Origin: Candidatus Zixiibacteriota bacterium
GTDB lineage: Bacteria > Zixibacteria > MSB-5A5 > SM1-73
Length of the DNA: 60,385 bases
Assembly: GCA_049643405.1 (NCBI GenBank)
Contig: JBARPX010000034.1
Coordinates: 1-60,385 of the forward strand
Direction: 5' to 3'
The position numbers were made by a program, and so were the translations under genes. The notes under the pieces were generated by a model, which ran no database searches, was not told where the DNA came from, and saw nothing but the letters and a program-made list of their open reading frames with translations. Of the stretch, positions 46,735 through 56,156 are shown in pieces. Position 1 is the first letter of the stretch, and each line of letters begins with the position of its first letter.

Positions 46735-48612
46735 CTACCGCCCCGCGGAATCTTCCCATTCAGCGTACAAGTTTTCCAGTCTTTTCGACAACTCTTCTTT
46801 CTCCGTGTTCAATTCCAGAAGTTTCTGCCAGTCGGAGTAAACCTCCTCGGTGGCCACCATGTAATCTATCTCTTCGATTTTCTGCTCTATCTCGGTGATT
46901 TCCTTTTCAATCTGAAATAAGCTTCTCTTTTTGACTTTGGATTTTGTTTTCTTAGCTACGGCTCGCTTCTTTCTTTCCTTTTTCGCTAACTCCAACTCCC
47001 TCTTTTTTTTCTCTCTCTGCTCTTTTTTCTTTTCCTCGTAATGGGAGTAGTTACCCAGGTACTCTTTCAGGCTGCCGTTTTCAAAAGCATAGATTCTGCT
47101 TACGATCTTATTAAGAAAATAGCGGTCGTGCGAAACCACCAGAAGCGTCCCGCCGAATTCTGCTAAAGCATTTTCCAAGACCTCCCTGGAAGCGATGTCC
47201 AGATGATTGGTCGGCTCGTCTAAGATCAGGAAATTGGGTTTGGAGAGGATCAGCTTGGCCAGAACCACCCGGCTTTGCTCTCCCCCGCTGAAACTCTTGA
47301 CCTTCCGAAAAACGTCCTCGCCGGAGAATAAGAATCTGGCCAGAAAACTCCGCAGGTTTGCCAGCAGCATGCGAGGGTTGGCCTTCCAGACTTCCTCTAT
47401 GACCGAATTCTCTACGTCCAGACCCTCGTGTTCTTGATCGTAATAGCCAACGTCAAGATTAGAACCGGCATTGAACTCTCCGGACGAAGCGGTCTCATTT
47501 CCCATAAGGATTTTCAGAAAGGTGGTTTTCCCGCAGCCATTGGGACCGATCAAGCCAACCCGATCGTATCGTTCGATTGAAAAGTTGGCATCCCCAAACA
47601 GCGCTTTTCCGTTGAATGCTTTGCCCAAGTTCTCCGTCCAGACGAGCGCCCTCGACGTCCGCTTGGTGGGAGAAAAGGAGATCTTCATCTTCTTCGATTT
47701 GGTCTTCGGTCTTTCCAACCGTTCGAGCTTCTCCAGGGTTTTTCTTCTGGACTGCGCCTGCTTGGTCTTCTGTCCGGCTATGTTTCTGCGGATGAAGTCC
47801 TCGGTGCGGCTGATGTACTCTCGCTGAGCCTCATATTCTTTCAGACCCTTGTCCAACCTCTGCGCTTTTTGAATCACGTAAGATGAGAAATTGCCCACAT
47901 ATCTTGTGATCCTGTTATCCTCAAGCTCCGTCACCTCCCGGATGACCCGATCTAAGAAGTAACGATCGTGCGACACCAGGACCACGGTTCCGGGGAACTC
48001 CGCCAGATACTGCTCTAACCATTCCGTCCCTTCGATGTCCAAATGATTGGTAGGCTCGTCTAACAGAAGAAGATTCGGCTCGGACAGAAGGACGGATGCT
48101 AAGGCGGCCCGGTTCTTCTCCCCACCGCTCAAGATATTGATGCTTTTGTCGAAATCCTCCTTCCTGAAGCCCAAACCGTAAAGGACTATCTCGATCCTGT
48201 TCTCGTAGCTGTAACCACCCTTGTTCTCGTATTCGAGCTGCAGTTTTCCATAACGGTCTAACAGCCTTCTCGGATCTTTCGCTGAGGACATTTCTGTCTC
48301 TAAACTTCGCAGCTCATCGTGGAGCTGCAAGAGTTTAGAGAAGGGCTTGAGCATCTCATCAAACAGGGTGAGATCATCCTCCAACTGGTATTCCTGGCGC
48401 AGGAAGGCCAGTTTTAGATGTTTGGTTCTGACAACCTCTCCCCTATCCGGCTCTAACTCACCCGTGATGGTCCGGAAGAGAGTGGTCTTCCCTGCTCCAT
48501 TCGATCCCAAAAGCCCGATCTTTCTCCCTTCCTCGATCTGCCAGGAGATGCGGTCTAAGACTAAATCGGCGCCGTAGGACTTTGAGACATTTTTCAAGCT
48601 TATCAGTGTCAT
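46735..48612 (-). CDS. ABC-F family ATPase (two ABC domains, C-terminal coiled coil)
   Basis: GLLGSNGAGKTT and GLIGPNGCGKTT Walker A motifs. LSGGEKNRAALA and FSGGEQSRVVLA signatures. No TM domain. Confidence 0.92.
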   Translation of the reverse strand: MTLISLKNVSKSYGADLVLDRISWQIEEGRKIGLLGSNGAGKTTLFRTITGELEPDRGEVVRTKHLKLAFLRQEYQLEDDLTLFDEMLKPFSKLLQLHDELRSLETEMSSAKDPRRLLDRYGKLQLEYENKGGYSYENRIEIVLYGLGFRKEDFDKSINILSGGEKNRAALASVLLSEPNLLLLDEPTNHLDIEGTEWLEQYLAEFPGTVVLVSHDRYFLDRVIREVTELEDNRITRYVGNFSSYVIQKAQRLDKGLKEYEAQREYISRTEDFIRRNIAGQKTKQAQSRRKTLEKLERLERPKTKSKKMKISFSPTKRTSRALVWTENLGKAFNGKALFGDANFSIERYDRVGLIGPNGCGKTTFLKILMGNETASSGEFNAGSNLDVGYYDQEHEGLDVENSVIEEVWKANPRMLLANLRSFLARFLFSGEDVFRKVKSFSGGEQSRVVLAKLILSKPNFLILDEPTNHLDIASREVLENALAEFGGTLLVVSHDRYFLNKIVSRIYAFENGSLKEYLGNYSHYEEKKKEQREKKKRELELAKKERKKRAVAKKTKSKVKKRSLFQIEKEITEIEQKIEEIDYMVATEEVYSDWQKLLELNTEKEELSKRLENLYAEWEDSAGR

Positions 48613-48851
48613 TTTTGCTTCACCTTGCCTAAGCGCGAAAAAACAAGGGCGCGTGCTGATAGAATAACACGCGCAGGCGATTCAGTCAATACCGTTGTTG
48701 AGGAACATCAGCGGGAAGCAAGGAGGGCGACGCGACCTGCAGTGTCTGCCCCTACGGGTCGTATGACTTCAGGCAGACTTCAGGTCCGGCTGAAGCCGAA
48801 CACTCCAGTGGCTCCCTTGTCCTCTTCGTTGGTGACCAACGGGGGAAAGCT

Positions 48852-50990
48852 CTAACTCTTTTCTTCGGAGACTGTGTCTTTCCTTCTGCTCCTGGCCAGA
48901 AACATCTCTACGGCTAAAAGAGCGGCGGCCATCCACAACAGCGTCTTCCAGAGCTCCTTGCCGTAGCGGGACTGCAGAATGGACTGCTCCATATCGTCTT
49001 GAGGTCGGATGTAGAAGAGGGGGAAGCCCTCCAGGCGCTTCTCGACCTCCGACGTCTCAATCTTTTCCGGATCAGAGTCTTTGGGATCGATGTTCACCGC
49101 AAATCGATCCACCGCCTGCCCCCTGGTTGAAGAGGAGATCGATAGGCGTACATCGTATATGCCAGGCAGGTAAGTCTCGTCTATTTTCAAGATCAGCTTA
49201 TCAGTTTGGAAGGACGGTTGCAGAGCGATTTTCTTCATCTCCGGAGTGAATAATTCCATTCCTTTTCCGGCCAGGTCGGCGCTAAGTTCTCTGGTCACCA
49301 TTGAGCCTACCAGAATATCCTCATCCAGCCGGGAGAGATCAGAGGCAAGATACTCCACGATGCGGTTTATCATCGGAACAAAGAATGGATGCACCACCAG
49401 ATCACCCTGGCTTTCATCCAGGGATGCAGCCAGAAGCAGCGCCTTCCCCGCTCCTAAGCTTCGTTCCAAAAGCGCCGGTTTCCCCACATTGAAGCGAATT
49501 AGGCTTTTTGCTTCCCCACTTTCAGGCAGTTCAAAGATGGACGAGAACTTAATGATGGGAAGTTTCTCCTTTTCCACGTCCCGATATATTTGAAAAATGG
49601 GATGATTTAGATCGACGTTCTCAAAACTGAAAAAACCACTGACGCTTTTGGTGGGGGTGAGGGCGCCCTGCACGTTCAGTCCGAAGAATCTCTTAATCAG
49701 TTGCCCGGAATAAAACTCGGGATCTATATCGTCACCCAGGATGAAAAACACCCCTCCACCCTTCCTGACGAAACTCTCCAGATTGGTGAGTTGCACGTCG
49801 CTCAACTGCGAGAGGTTCGAGAGAATGACCGCCTGGTATTTGGTGAAATCGACCGAGGCGAGAGCAGTCTTACTTATTTGAGTGATCTCCTTGTTGACGT
49901 CCTTCGCATTCAGCGGATTCAAGGCCAGGCTCAAGTGATGGGTATCCCTCGGCCTTTCACCCACCAGGAGCACATCGATTCTTTCCGGTATCTTAAAGGT
50001 AAAGTATCTACGATTGTCTATCAACAGATCATCGTCACCAAGCTCGAAGAATCCAGTATGGATCCCCGGCTCCTCAACGGTTGGCATGAGCCTTACCGTC
50101 GCCTTGCCGCCTTTCTCAACGTCAACGTCGGTCTGGCTCACCCGCTTCCCGTCCAGATACAGTCCTACCAGAAGATCTCGGACCGGGTGGGAAGTGAAGT
50201 TGGCGATCCTGGCGGTAATCTCAAAAGGCTTTCCCCTCTCTATCAACTGATTGCCGAAATCTATCTCCTCTATGCAAAAATTCTGTTTTTCCGGAGGAGA
50301 AACGTCCACCAAATAGAGCTTTTCCTTTTGGCTTGGGGAAGAAAGAGAAGCGGGATTAACACCGGACCAGCCGGATTTGTCCATATCGGTGACCAGATAA
50401 ATCTCCTGGTTTAAATTCTTGGATTCTTTCAAGATGCCATAAGCGCTCGCCAGAGCTGCGCCGACGCCTGTCTTTTCGGCGGAGAGTCGCGCTTCCTCGT
50501 CCAGATAGCCCACCAGGTTCCGGAAATCACGGGTAGGTTGGGAGTTGACGGACATTGGCTGCGAGGCAAATAAAACCAGGCTGGCTTCATCTCCCTCCTT
50601 GAGCTGCCCCAGTATCCTCTTTGCTTTTCTTTTCGCCAGATCAAAAAGCGATCCGTCCTTAGTCTCATAACCCATGCTGTAGGAATTATCCAGAAGTATC
50701 ACCACGGAGGTCCTTGCATGTGCTCCCACCCTGGTGGCAAAGCCGCCTCTGATGGCGGGACGGGCAAATGCGGCTACCACCAGCAGGATGATCAGAGTTC
50801 TGATGATGAGCAGGAGATACTCCTTGATCTTCACCCTCCTCATCCGGGTCTTCTCCAGAGACCTTAAGAACAGAAGGGAGCTGAACAGAATTTCTTTCAC
50901 CTTCTGCCGGTTGAATATGTGAATCAGGAGGGGAATAAGGACAGCTGCCCCTGCCGCAAAAAGTATGATGGGATTAAGGAAGTTGAACAT
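48852..50990 (-). CDS. BatA-type N-terminal double-TM domain plus vWA domain protein
   Basis: MFNFLNPIILFAAGAAVLIPLLIHIFNRQK. vWA MIDAS-like VVILLDNSYSMGY. C-terminal TM. Confidence 0.85.
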   Translation of the reverse strand: MFNFLNPIILFAAGAAVLIPLLIHIFNRQKVKEILFSSLLFLRSLEKTRMRRVKIKEYLLLIIRTLIILLVVAAFARPAIRGGFATRVGAHARTSVVILLDNSYSMGYETKDGSLFDLAKRKAKRILGQLKEGDEASLVLFASQPMSVNSQPTRDFRNLVGYLDEEARLSAEKTGVGAALASAYGILKESKNLNQEIYLVTDMDKSGWSGVNPASLSSPSQKEKLYLVDVSPPEKQNFCIEEIDFGNQLIERGKPFEITARIANFTSHPVRDLLVGLYLDGKRVSQTDVDVEKGGKATVRLMPTVEEPGIHTGFFELGDDDLLIDNRRYFTFKIPERIDVLLVGERPRDTHHLSLALNPLNAKDVNKEITQISKTALASVDFTKYQAVILSNLSQLSDVQLTNLESFVRKGGGVFFILGDDIDPEFYSGQLIKRFFGLNVQGALTPTKSVSGFFSFENVDLNHPIFQIYRDVEKEKLPIIKFSSIFELPESGEAKSLIRFNVGKPALLERSLGAGKALLLAASLDESQGDLVVHPFFVPMINRIVEYLASDLSRLDEDILVGSMVTRELSADLAGKGMELFTPEMKKIALQPSFQTDKLILKIDETYLPGIYDVRLSISSSTRGQAVDRFAVNIDPKDSDPEKIETSEVEKRLEGFPLFYIRPQDDMEQSILQSRYGKELWKTLLWMAAALLAVEMFLARSRRKDTVSEEKS

Positions 50991-51001
50991 AAGTTAGAGA
51001 T

Positions 51002-51037
51002 TAACCTCTCCCGCTGTATCCCCTTCTCCATTTCATG
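51002..51037. repeat. 36-bp direct repeat, left copy (partner at 51823..51858)
   Basis: TAACCTCTCCCGCTGTATCCCCTTCTCCATTTCATG versus TTACCTCTCCCCCTGTATCCCCCTCTCCATTTTATG; 32 of 36 positions are identical. Confidence 0.8.
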
Positions 51038-51167
51038 TCAAGTATCCCGCCCACGGCGGGGGAGCGCGGGGCCAAGGGAGTAAGATGTGGAGGTGTCGGC
51101 CTACCCGACACCATTTAGCTTAGCGATTCTTCTCCTTCTCTGAATTGGCCATGTGCAATAAGTAGTG

Positions 51168-51806
51168 CTAGCACTCGTACAGAACCACGAAACAAATCTT
51201 CTGGAAGAACAGGAGAAACCACACGAAAAGATCACAGTTGTCACCTGAATCCCGGCTGAACCTATATTCGAATGTTCCTGGTACCAACTTCTTCACAACT
51301 GTCAGCCTCCAAAGGAGTTTTAGTTCTTCTGACAAGGGCGGGTCGTACCAAACGTCTAGGTTGGCTGAGATAGGTACGGGCTCGTGATAATGATAATAGT
51401 GTAGTCCCCTAGAAGTGCAGTCAACCACGGTACTGATACGTCGTGCTTCTGCTTTCAGGGCTGGGGCGTTGCCGAGCCACAGACCGCTTTGTGTAACTAT
51501 GTGTGCTCGCCCGGTATTTGCCGCCATAGCCCTTTTATGCTTGGGTCTGTATTGCCAGCTTCTCTTGAGTGTTGTCTCGTAGATCCTTCGGGCGGCACTT
51601 GTCGGCAGACCCCAAGCGGTTATGTAGTCTCGAAAATACTCGTCGTCTTTCGATCTCTTCCCATTGCAGGATTTGCATGCGGGCACCTTGATCAGCTTGC
51701 TGCGGTCATCTTCATCAAAAATGCATCTTGGTGGTACGTGGTCATGGGTCAAATCCTTCGTCGTACCGCAAAGATAACACATTTTCGGAATTGTTGACTT
51801 CGTCAT
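51168..51806 (-). CDS. HNH-like nuclease-motif protein with uncharacterised C-terminal domain
   Basis: CYLCG..(8)..HDHVPPRCIF...ACKSCNGKRSKDDEYF (CxxC...HxH...CxxCN arrangement). The remaining roughly 140 aa have no recognisable motif. Confidence 0.6.
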   Translation of the reverse strand: MTKSTIPKMCYLCGTTKDLTHDHVPPRCIFDEDDRSKLIKVPACKSCNGKRSKDDEYFRDYITAWGLPTSAARRIYETTLKRSWQYRPKHKRAMAANTGRAHIVTQSGLWLGNAPALKAEARRISTVVDCTSRGLHYYHYHEPVPISANLDVWYDPPLSEELKLLWRLTVVKKLVPGTFEYRFSRDSGDNCDLFVWFLLFFQKICFVVLYEC

Positions 51807-51822
51807 TTTGATAGTCTTTGCT

Positions 51823-51885
51823 TTACCTCTCCCCCTGTATCCCCCTCTCCATTTTATGGAGAGGGGGACCGAGGGGGTGAGGTCA
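51823..51885. repeat. 36-bp direct repeat, right copy, extended into a 12-bp-stem hairpin
   Basis: CCCCCTCTCCAT-TTT-ATGGAGAGGGGG follows the shared segment. Confidence 0.8.
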
Positions 51886-51970
51886 TTGTTGCCCTCTGCA
51901 AGCTCCCCGGACAGGGAGCATTCCTAACCCACTGATTTTCTGGCCTAATCCTCCATTCTGACCTGGCCGT

Positions 51971-53872
51971 TCACATCGACTTCAAAAGCCTCCTGGCTTG
52001 TTTTCTTTCTTCGAAACCACAGGGGAGCCCAAGTGCCTCCTGCAGGAACAGCTTGGCCCTTGAGGTATCTCCCCTTTTCTGATACGCCCTTCCCAGAGCT
52101 AAGAGCACCCTACCCCGGTACACAGGCCTGTCTTCCATAAACTCCGATATCTCAAGAAAGTTGACCGCGGAATCTATCTTGCCGACGTTGAAAAAGGACT
52201 CGCCTAACATAAGGTAAGGAATAGGCTTGTCGGAGAACTCGTGAACAAAGCCTTTGGCATTAAGCAATGCTCTTTCAAAGGTCTTATGAGCCTGTTCAGC
52301 TTCTCCCAACTTACGATGAATGGTTCCCAGACCGGAATAGATATCGATCTTGGCCTGAGTTTTGAGGCCAAGACCTTCAGCCTGCTCAAAGTGCTCTTTG
52401 GCAAGGAGAAAATCTTCCTGGATCATCTCCAGTTGGGCTAACTCGATGTAAGAATCCACATAGGTAGAATCCAATGAGATTACCTTGTGGTAGTAAGATT
52501 TTGCCTTTTCGTATTCGCCTTTCAAGCGTTTGATATTTCCCAGAGTGTGGAGATACTCCAGATTCAGAGTATCTCTATCGAGCACCTCCCCATAGAGCTT
52601 TTCTGACGAATCATAGTCTCCGCTGAGATAGTGCACGTACGCCAGACTGCGGAGTATTCCCACATCCCTGCCGTACAGACTTAACATGTCCTGGTAAACT
52701 TCAATGGCTTCATCATGATGACGGTTATTCATCTTCATTTCAGCCACGTGGTACAAATCGGTGATGGTGTCGCGGTATCCTTCCAGAAAGATGAGCCATT
52801 CCTTCTCCAGAGCAGCTAAGTCTTTTTGGTATACTTCCTCGATGGTCTGTTCCAGGGTGAGATCGGTGGCCTTCTTGTACAGGAGTCTGAATCTGTCCAG
52901 ATTGTAGGTCTTCACCAGGAACCTCGCAAACGAAGAGGATTCCCAGAAGGCCACGTCTTCTGGTTGTCTTTTGTAGTTTCTGGTTATCGTCAGCTCGCGC
53001 AGAGGAACCCTTTTTCCGCTGGCAATTATCTTTTTGGTAAAGTGATGGGAAAGAGAGAAATAGTTCCCTACCCCCTCAGCCAGCATGGGCGGGGCGTATC
53101 CCCACAGCCGGTAGATCATGAGGAATCCCACACCCGGGGAATCTATGCTTCTCTCGAAGAGATTATAAACGACGTAGACTGTGTTCTTCACCGGATCCAG
53201 GCCGATATCGAATCGGTCGTCCCAAACGATCTGGCTGGCCCGGCATGGCAGAAGAAAATACTCCATCCTGTCCATGGCCGGTTGGGTAAATCCGAAGACC
53301 CCCCGAAAGCGTCTATACTCGGACTCGCCGTGACCCTTGATCCTCCTCCAGTGCAGGTCAGCCAGAGAATTGAGAATGTAGCGGAAAAAGAAATGAGAGC
53401 TGGGAAGTTCATCCCAATCTTCGGCTTCCTTATCCCGCGTATCCACGCGGCAACCCGGTTCGGGTAGGTCGGTTATCCTGGGAGTCAAAAAGACCTTGAA
53501 GGACCTCCCCTCTTTAACCTCAACCTCACCCAGAAGAAACGTCTCTTTATCTTTGGCCAGAACTTCCGTAAAAATGGTCTGGGGCCGGGGAGGCAGAGTG
53601 ACAAGATTCAAATCGAGCAGGACGTTTCCATCGGCCAGCACGGTGGGAGTCGCTGAGAGGGTAAAATTAGCCTGAAAAGAAGCTGTCTCCACCCTGTTCA
53701 GAAGCTTTATCTCTTCTTCGTCTATTAGCTCGAAACTCCCGCTGTCTCCCGATGCCCCCTCCTCCACCCTGATCTTAAGAAGCACGCCGGATGCACCCCA
53801 CACGGGCCTCAGACCGGCCGCGAAAAGAAGAATCAAAAAGATCAGAGCAATCTTGAATTTCGCTTTTTTCAT
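51971..53872 (-). CDS. Secreted TPR-repeat protein (BatC-like position in the operon)
   Basis: The preferred start is ATG 53872 (MKKAKFKIALIFLILLFAAG), after GGAGG. The C-terminal half has multiple TPRs (YLSGDYDSSEKLYGEVL, GEYEKAKSYYHKVISLD ...). Confidence 0.75.
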   Translation of the reverse strand: MKKAKFKIALIFLILLFAAGLRPVWGASGVLLKIRVEEGASGDSGSFELIDEEEIKLLNRVETASFQANFTLSATPTVLADGNVLLDLNLVTLPPRPQTIFTEVLAKDKETFLLGEVEVKEGRSFKVFLTPRITDLPEPGCRVDTRDKEAEDWDELPSSHFFFRYILNSLADLHWRRIKGHGESEYRRFRGVFGFTQPAMDRMEYFLLPCRASQIVWDDRFDIGLDPVKNTVYVVYNLFERSIDSPGVGFLMIYRLWGYAPPMLAEGVGNYFSLSHHFTKKIIASGKRVPLRELTITRNYKRQPEDVAFWESSSFARFLVKTYNLDRFRLLYKKATDLTLEQTIEEVYQKDLAALEKEWLIFLEGYRDTITDLYHVAEMKMNNRHHDEAIEVYQDMLSLYGRDVGILRSLAYVHYLSGDYDSSEKLYGEVLDRDTLNLEYLHTLGNIKRLKGEYEKAKSYYHKVISLDSTYVDSYIELAQLEMIQEDFLLAKEHFEQAEGLGLKTQAKIDIYSGLGTIHRKLGEAEQAHKTFERALLNAKGFVHEFSDKPIPYLMLGESFFNVGKIDSAVNFLEISEFMEDRPVYRGRVLLALGRAYQKRGDTSRAKLFLQEALGLPCGFEERKQARRLLKSM

Positions 53873-54017
53873 TTTTACCTCCATAGTCTCTTGCCTCTGG
53901 GGAAACCGGTAAAATCGAATTGAGACTTGCCCTTTATGATTCTCAGTTGAACAATCGAGCGGCCATCGCAGGCTAAAGCCTGCGGGGACCATTCTTCTAC
54001 TGGCAAGCGTGCTTGCG

Positions 54018-54875
54018 TCATTTGACCAGGCTGCGAAGTACCTTTAGATTCTCGATGTCTTTTGCAGTCCCTCCTTCTTTGGGAGTTTCAAGGATCTTGG
54101 GGATCTTCTCCCATCTTTTATCGTTCATCAGCAAACGGAATCCCTCCAGCCCGATTTTGCCTTCGCCGATATGCTGATGCCGGTCCACCCGGGAACCAAA
54201 ATCCTTCAAGGTGTCGTTCAGGTGAATAACCTTGAGCCTGGAAAGCCCGATGACATTATCAAACTCCTTGAAGGTCGCCTCATAGGTTCTCTCGGTGCGA
54301 ATATCGTATCCGGCGGTAAAAGTGTGACAGGTGTCGTAACAGACTCCAAGCCTTTCGTTCTCCTGAACCTGGTCGATTATCTCAGCCATGTGCTCAAACC
54401 GGTATCCGATGGCGCTTCCCTGACCGGCAGTCATCTCCAGACAGATTTTCACCCTGAATCCCTTGGTTTTCTGATGGAGTGTGTCTATGGACCGGGCGAT
54501 CTTTCTTATCCCCTCCTTTTCTCCGGTTCCCAGGTGGGCACCCGGATGCATCACCAGGTACGGCAGCCCGAGAAGCTCGGCACGGTTCAACTCGATCAGC
54601 ATCGCCTCCATGGAGAGTTTATACACGTCCTCTTTTGGGGAAACCAAGTTTATCAGATACGCGTTGTGGCCAACCACCGGAGATATCCCGGTCCTCTTCT
54701 GGCTTTCCCGGAACTTCTTCACATCCTCGGAGGCGAGTTCCTTTGTCTTCCACTGGTTGCTGTTCTTGGTGAAAATCTGAATTGTGGCACACCCCACCTC
54801 CTCTCCCAGTGGGAATGCGTTGAAGACTCCCCCCGAGATAGACATATGAGCGCCGATCAACAGCTTTCTCGTCAT
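54018..54875 (-). CDS. nfo: Endonuclease IV
   Basis: LIGAHMSISGG...IQIFTKNSNQW...VMHPGAHLG...CYDTCHTFTAGYD...IHLND. Confidence 0.93.
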   Translation of the reverse strand: MTRKLLIGAHMSISGGVFNAFPLGEEVGCATIQIFTKNSNQWKTKELASEDVKKFRESQKRTGISPVVGHNAYLINLVSPKEDVYKLSMEAMLIELNRAELLGLPYLVMHPGAHLGTGEKEGIRKIARSIDTLHQKTKGFRVKICLEMTAGQGSAIGYRFEHMAEIIDQVQENERLGVCYDTCHTFTAGYDIRTERTYEATFKEFDNVIGLSRLKVIHLNDTLKDFGSRVDRHQHIGEGKIGLEGFRLLMNDKRWEKIPKILETPKEGGTAKDIENLKVLRSLVK

Positions 54876-54958
54876 ATTCTGATCTCAATTCCTTCGATAC
54901 TATTTTCGAACCGATCTCGCCAGATCCTCCATCCGTTCAATCCGCTCAATCCCTTGAC

Positions 54959-55858
54959 CTACCACAACCTTTGTCTTTTGCTCAAGTAGGAGAACAAAGC
55001 ATAGTCAAAAGGAACGGAAGTGTCCAAGAGCACGTAGTCGATCAGGCTTTCGCGGCACTCCAGGGTATACCTGTCGACTAAGGCTTTGAATCTCTCGGTA
55101 TACTCCTTTCTTATCTGCCAGGGGGAGGTCATCAGCTCCTCACCCGTCTCCAGGTCCTTGAAAACGGCTAACTCCGGGAAGGCGAAGGTGCGCTCCTTCG
55201 GGTCCAGCACGTGAAAGACGATCACCTCATGTTTTTTGTGACGGAAGTGCTTCAGACCGGCTATCACCTTACCGGGATCGTCAAACAGATCGGAGATCAA
55301 AATTATCAGCCCACGTCTTTTTATCCTCTCCGCCATCTGGTGTAAGGCTGTGCTGATGTTGGTCGTCTGCGAGGGTTCAAGCTTGTCCAATTCCTGCAGG
55401 AGGACGTGCAGATGACTCCTCAAGGCCGACTTGGGGGGAATGTACTTCTGTATGCTTTGATCAAACAGAACCAATCCGACCGAATCCCGCTGTTTCAACA
55501 TCAGATAGGAGAGGGCAGCGGACAGGTAGCTGCTGTACTCAAGCTTGTTGACACCCTCAGAGCCGTAGCCCATGGAACCCGAGGTATCCAGAAGAAGGTA
55601 GGCCTTCAGGTTGGTCTCCTCCTCGAACTCCTTTATGAAGAACCGATCGGTCTTGGCATAGACCTTCCAGTCGACGTTCTTCAAGGGGTCGCCCGGCATG
55701 TATTGCCTGTGCTCGGCGAACTCCACCGAAAAGCCGTGATAGGGGCTTTTGTGCAAACCGGCGATGAACCCCTCCACCACTAATCTGGCCTTGATCTCCA
55801 TCCCCGACAGCTTGGAGACGACATCCGGACGTAAAAATCTGCGATAATCCTCTGGCAT
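54959..55858 (-). CDS. DUF58 (vWA-like, MoxR-associated) protein
   Basis: GLHKSPYHGFSVEFAEHRQYMPGDPLKNVDWKVYAKTDRFFIKEFEEE. The preferred start is MPEDY (55858). The upstream ORF extension is read from the tandem repeat. Confidence 0.88.
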   Translation of the reverse strand: MPEDYRRFLRPDVVSKLSGMEIKARLVVEGFIAGLHKSPYHGFSVEFAEHRQYMPGDPLKNVDWKVYAKTDRFFIKEFEEETNLKAYLLLDTSGSMGYGSEGVNKLEYSSYLSAALSYLMLKQRDSVGLVLFDQSIQKYIPPKSALRSHLHVLLQELDKLEPSQTTNISTALHQMAERIKRRGLIILISDLFDDPGKVIAGLKHFRHKKHEVIVFHVLDPKERTFAFPELAVFKDLETGEELMTSPWQIRKEYTERFKALVDRYTLECRESLIDYVLLDTSVPFDYALFSYLSKRQRLW

Positions 55859-55880
55859 TCTATTAACATACCTTTCACAA

Positions 55881-56156
55881 ACGCGTGCCCGAGGCTTCAT
55901 GCCTTGGCTGGCCCATTTGGGCCTACGCGCTCTTTGTACACTCTTGAGAGGCTCGCAGGCCTAGAAGGCTTGCCTGCGCGCCGATGACGAACTCCCGAGC
56001 AACGCGTAGTCGAGGCTTCATGCCTTGGCTGGCCCATTTGGGCCTACGCGCTCTTTGCACACTCTTGAGAGGCTCGCAGGCCTAGAAGGCTTGCCTGCGC
56101 GCCGATGACGAACTCCCGAGCAACGCGTAGCCAGGGCTTCCAGCCCTGGTCGTCAG
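55881..56156. repeat. 121-bp tandem repeat, 2 full copies plus a truncated third
   Basis: Copies start at 55881, 56002 and 56123. The two full copies differ at only a few positions. Each unit carries nested hairpins closed by GCGTAG...CTACGC. Confidence 0.9.

Noticed and set aside
49701-50414. 237-aa ORF antisense to the BatA/vWA gene (also 52826..53467, 54171..54989, 40043..40594, 35765..36250 and 42929..43498, antisense to other genes)
   Set aside because: All are shadow ORFs opposite genes with clear family motifs. None has an RBS or a recognisable domain.
55881-56156. 121-bp tandem repeats (and the heptamer arrays at 45212..45388) as a CRISPR array
   Set aside because: The repeats are directly adjacent with no unique spacers. 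The unit lengths (121 bp and 7 bp) are outside CRISPR repeat sizes, and there are no cas genes.
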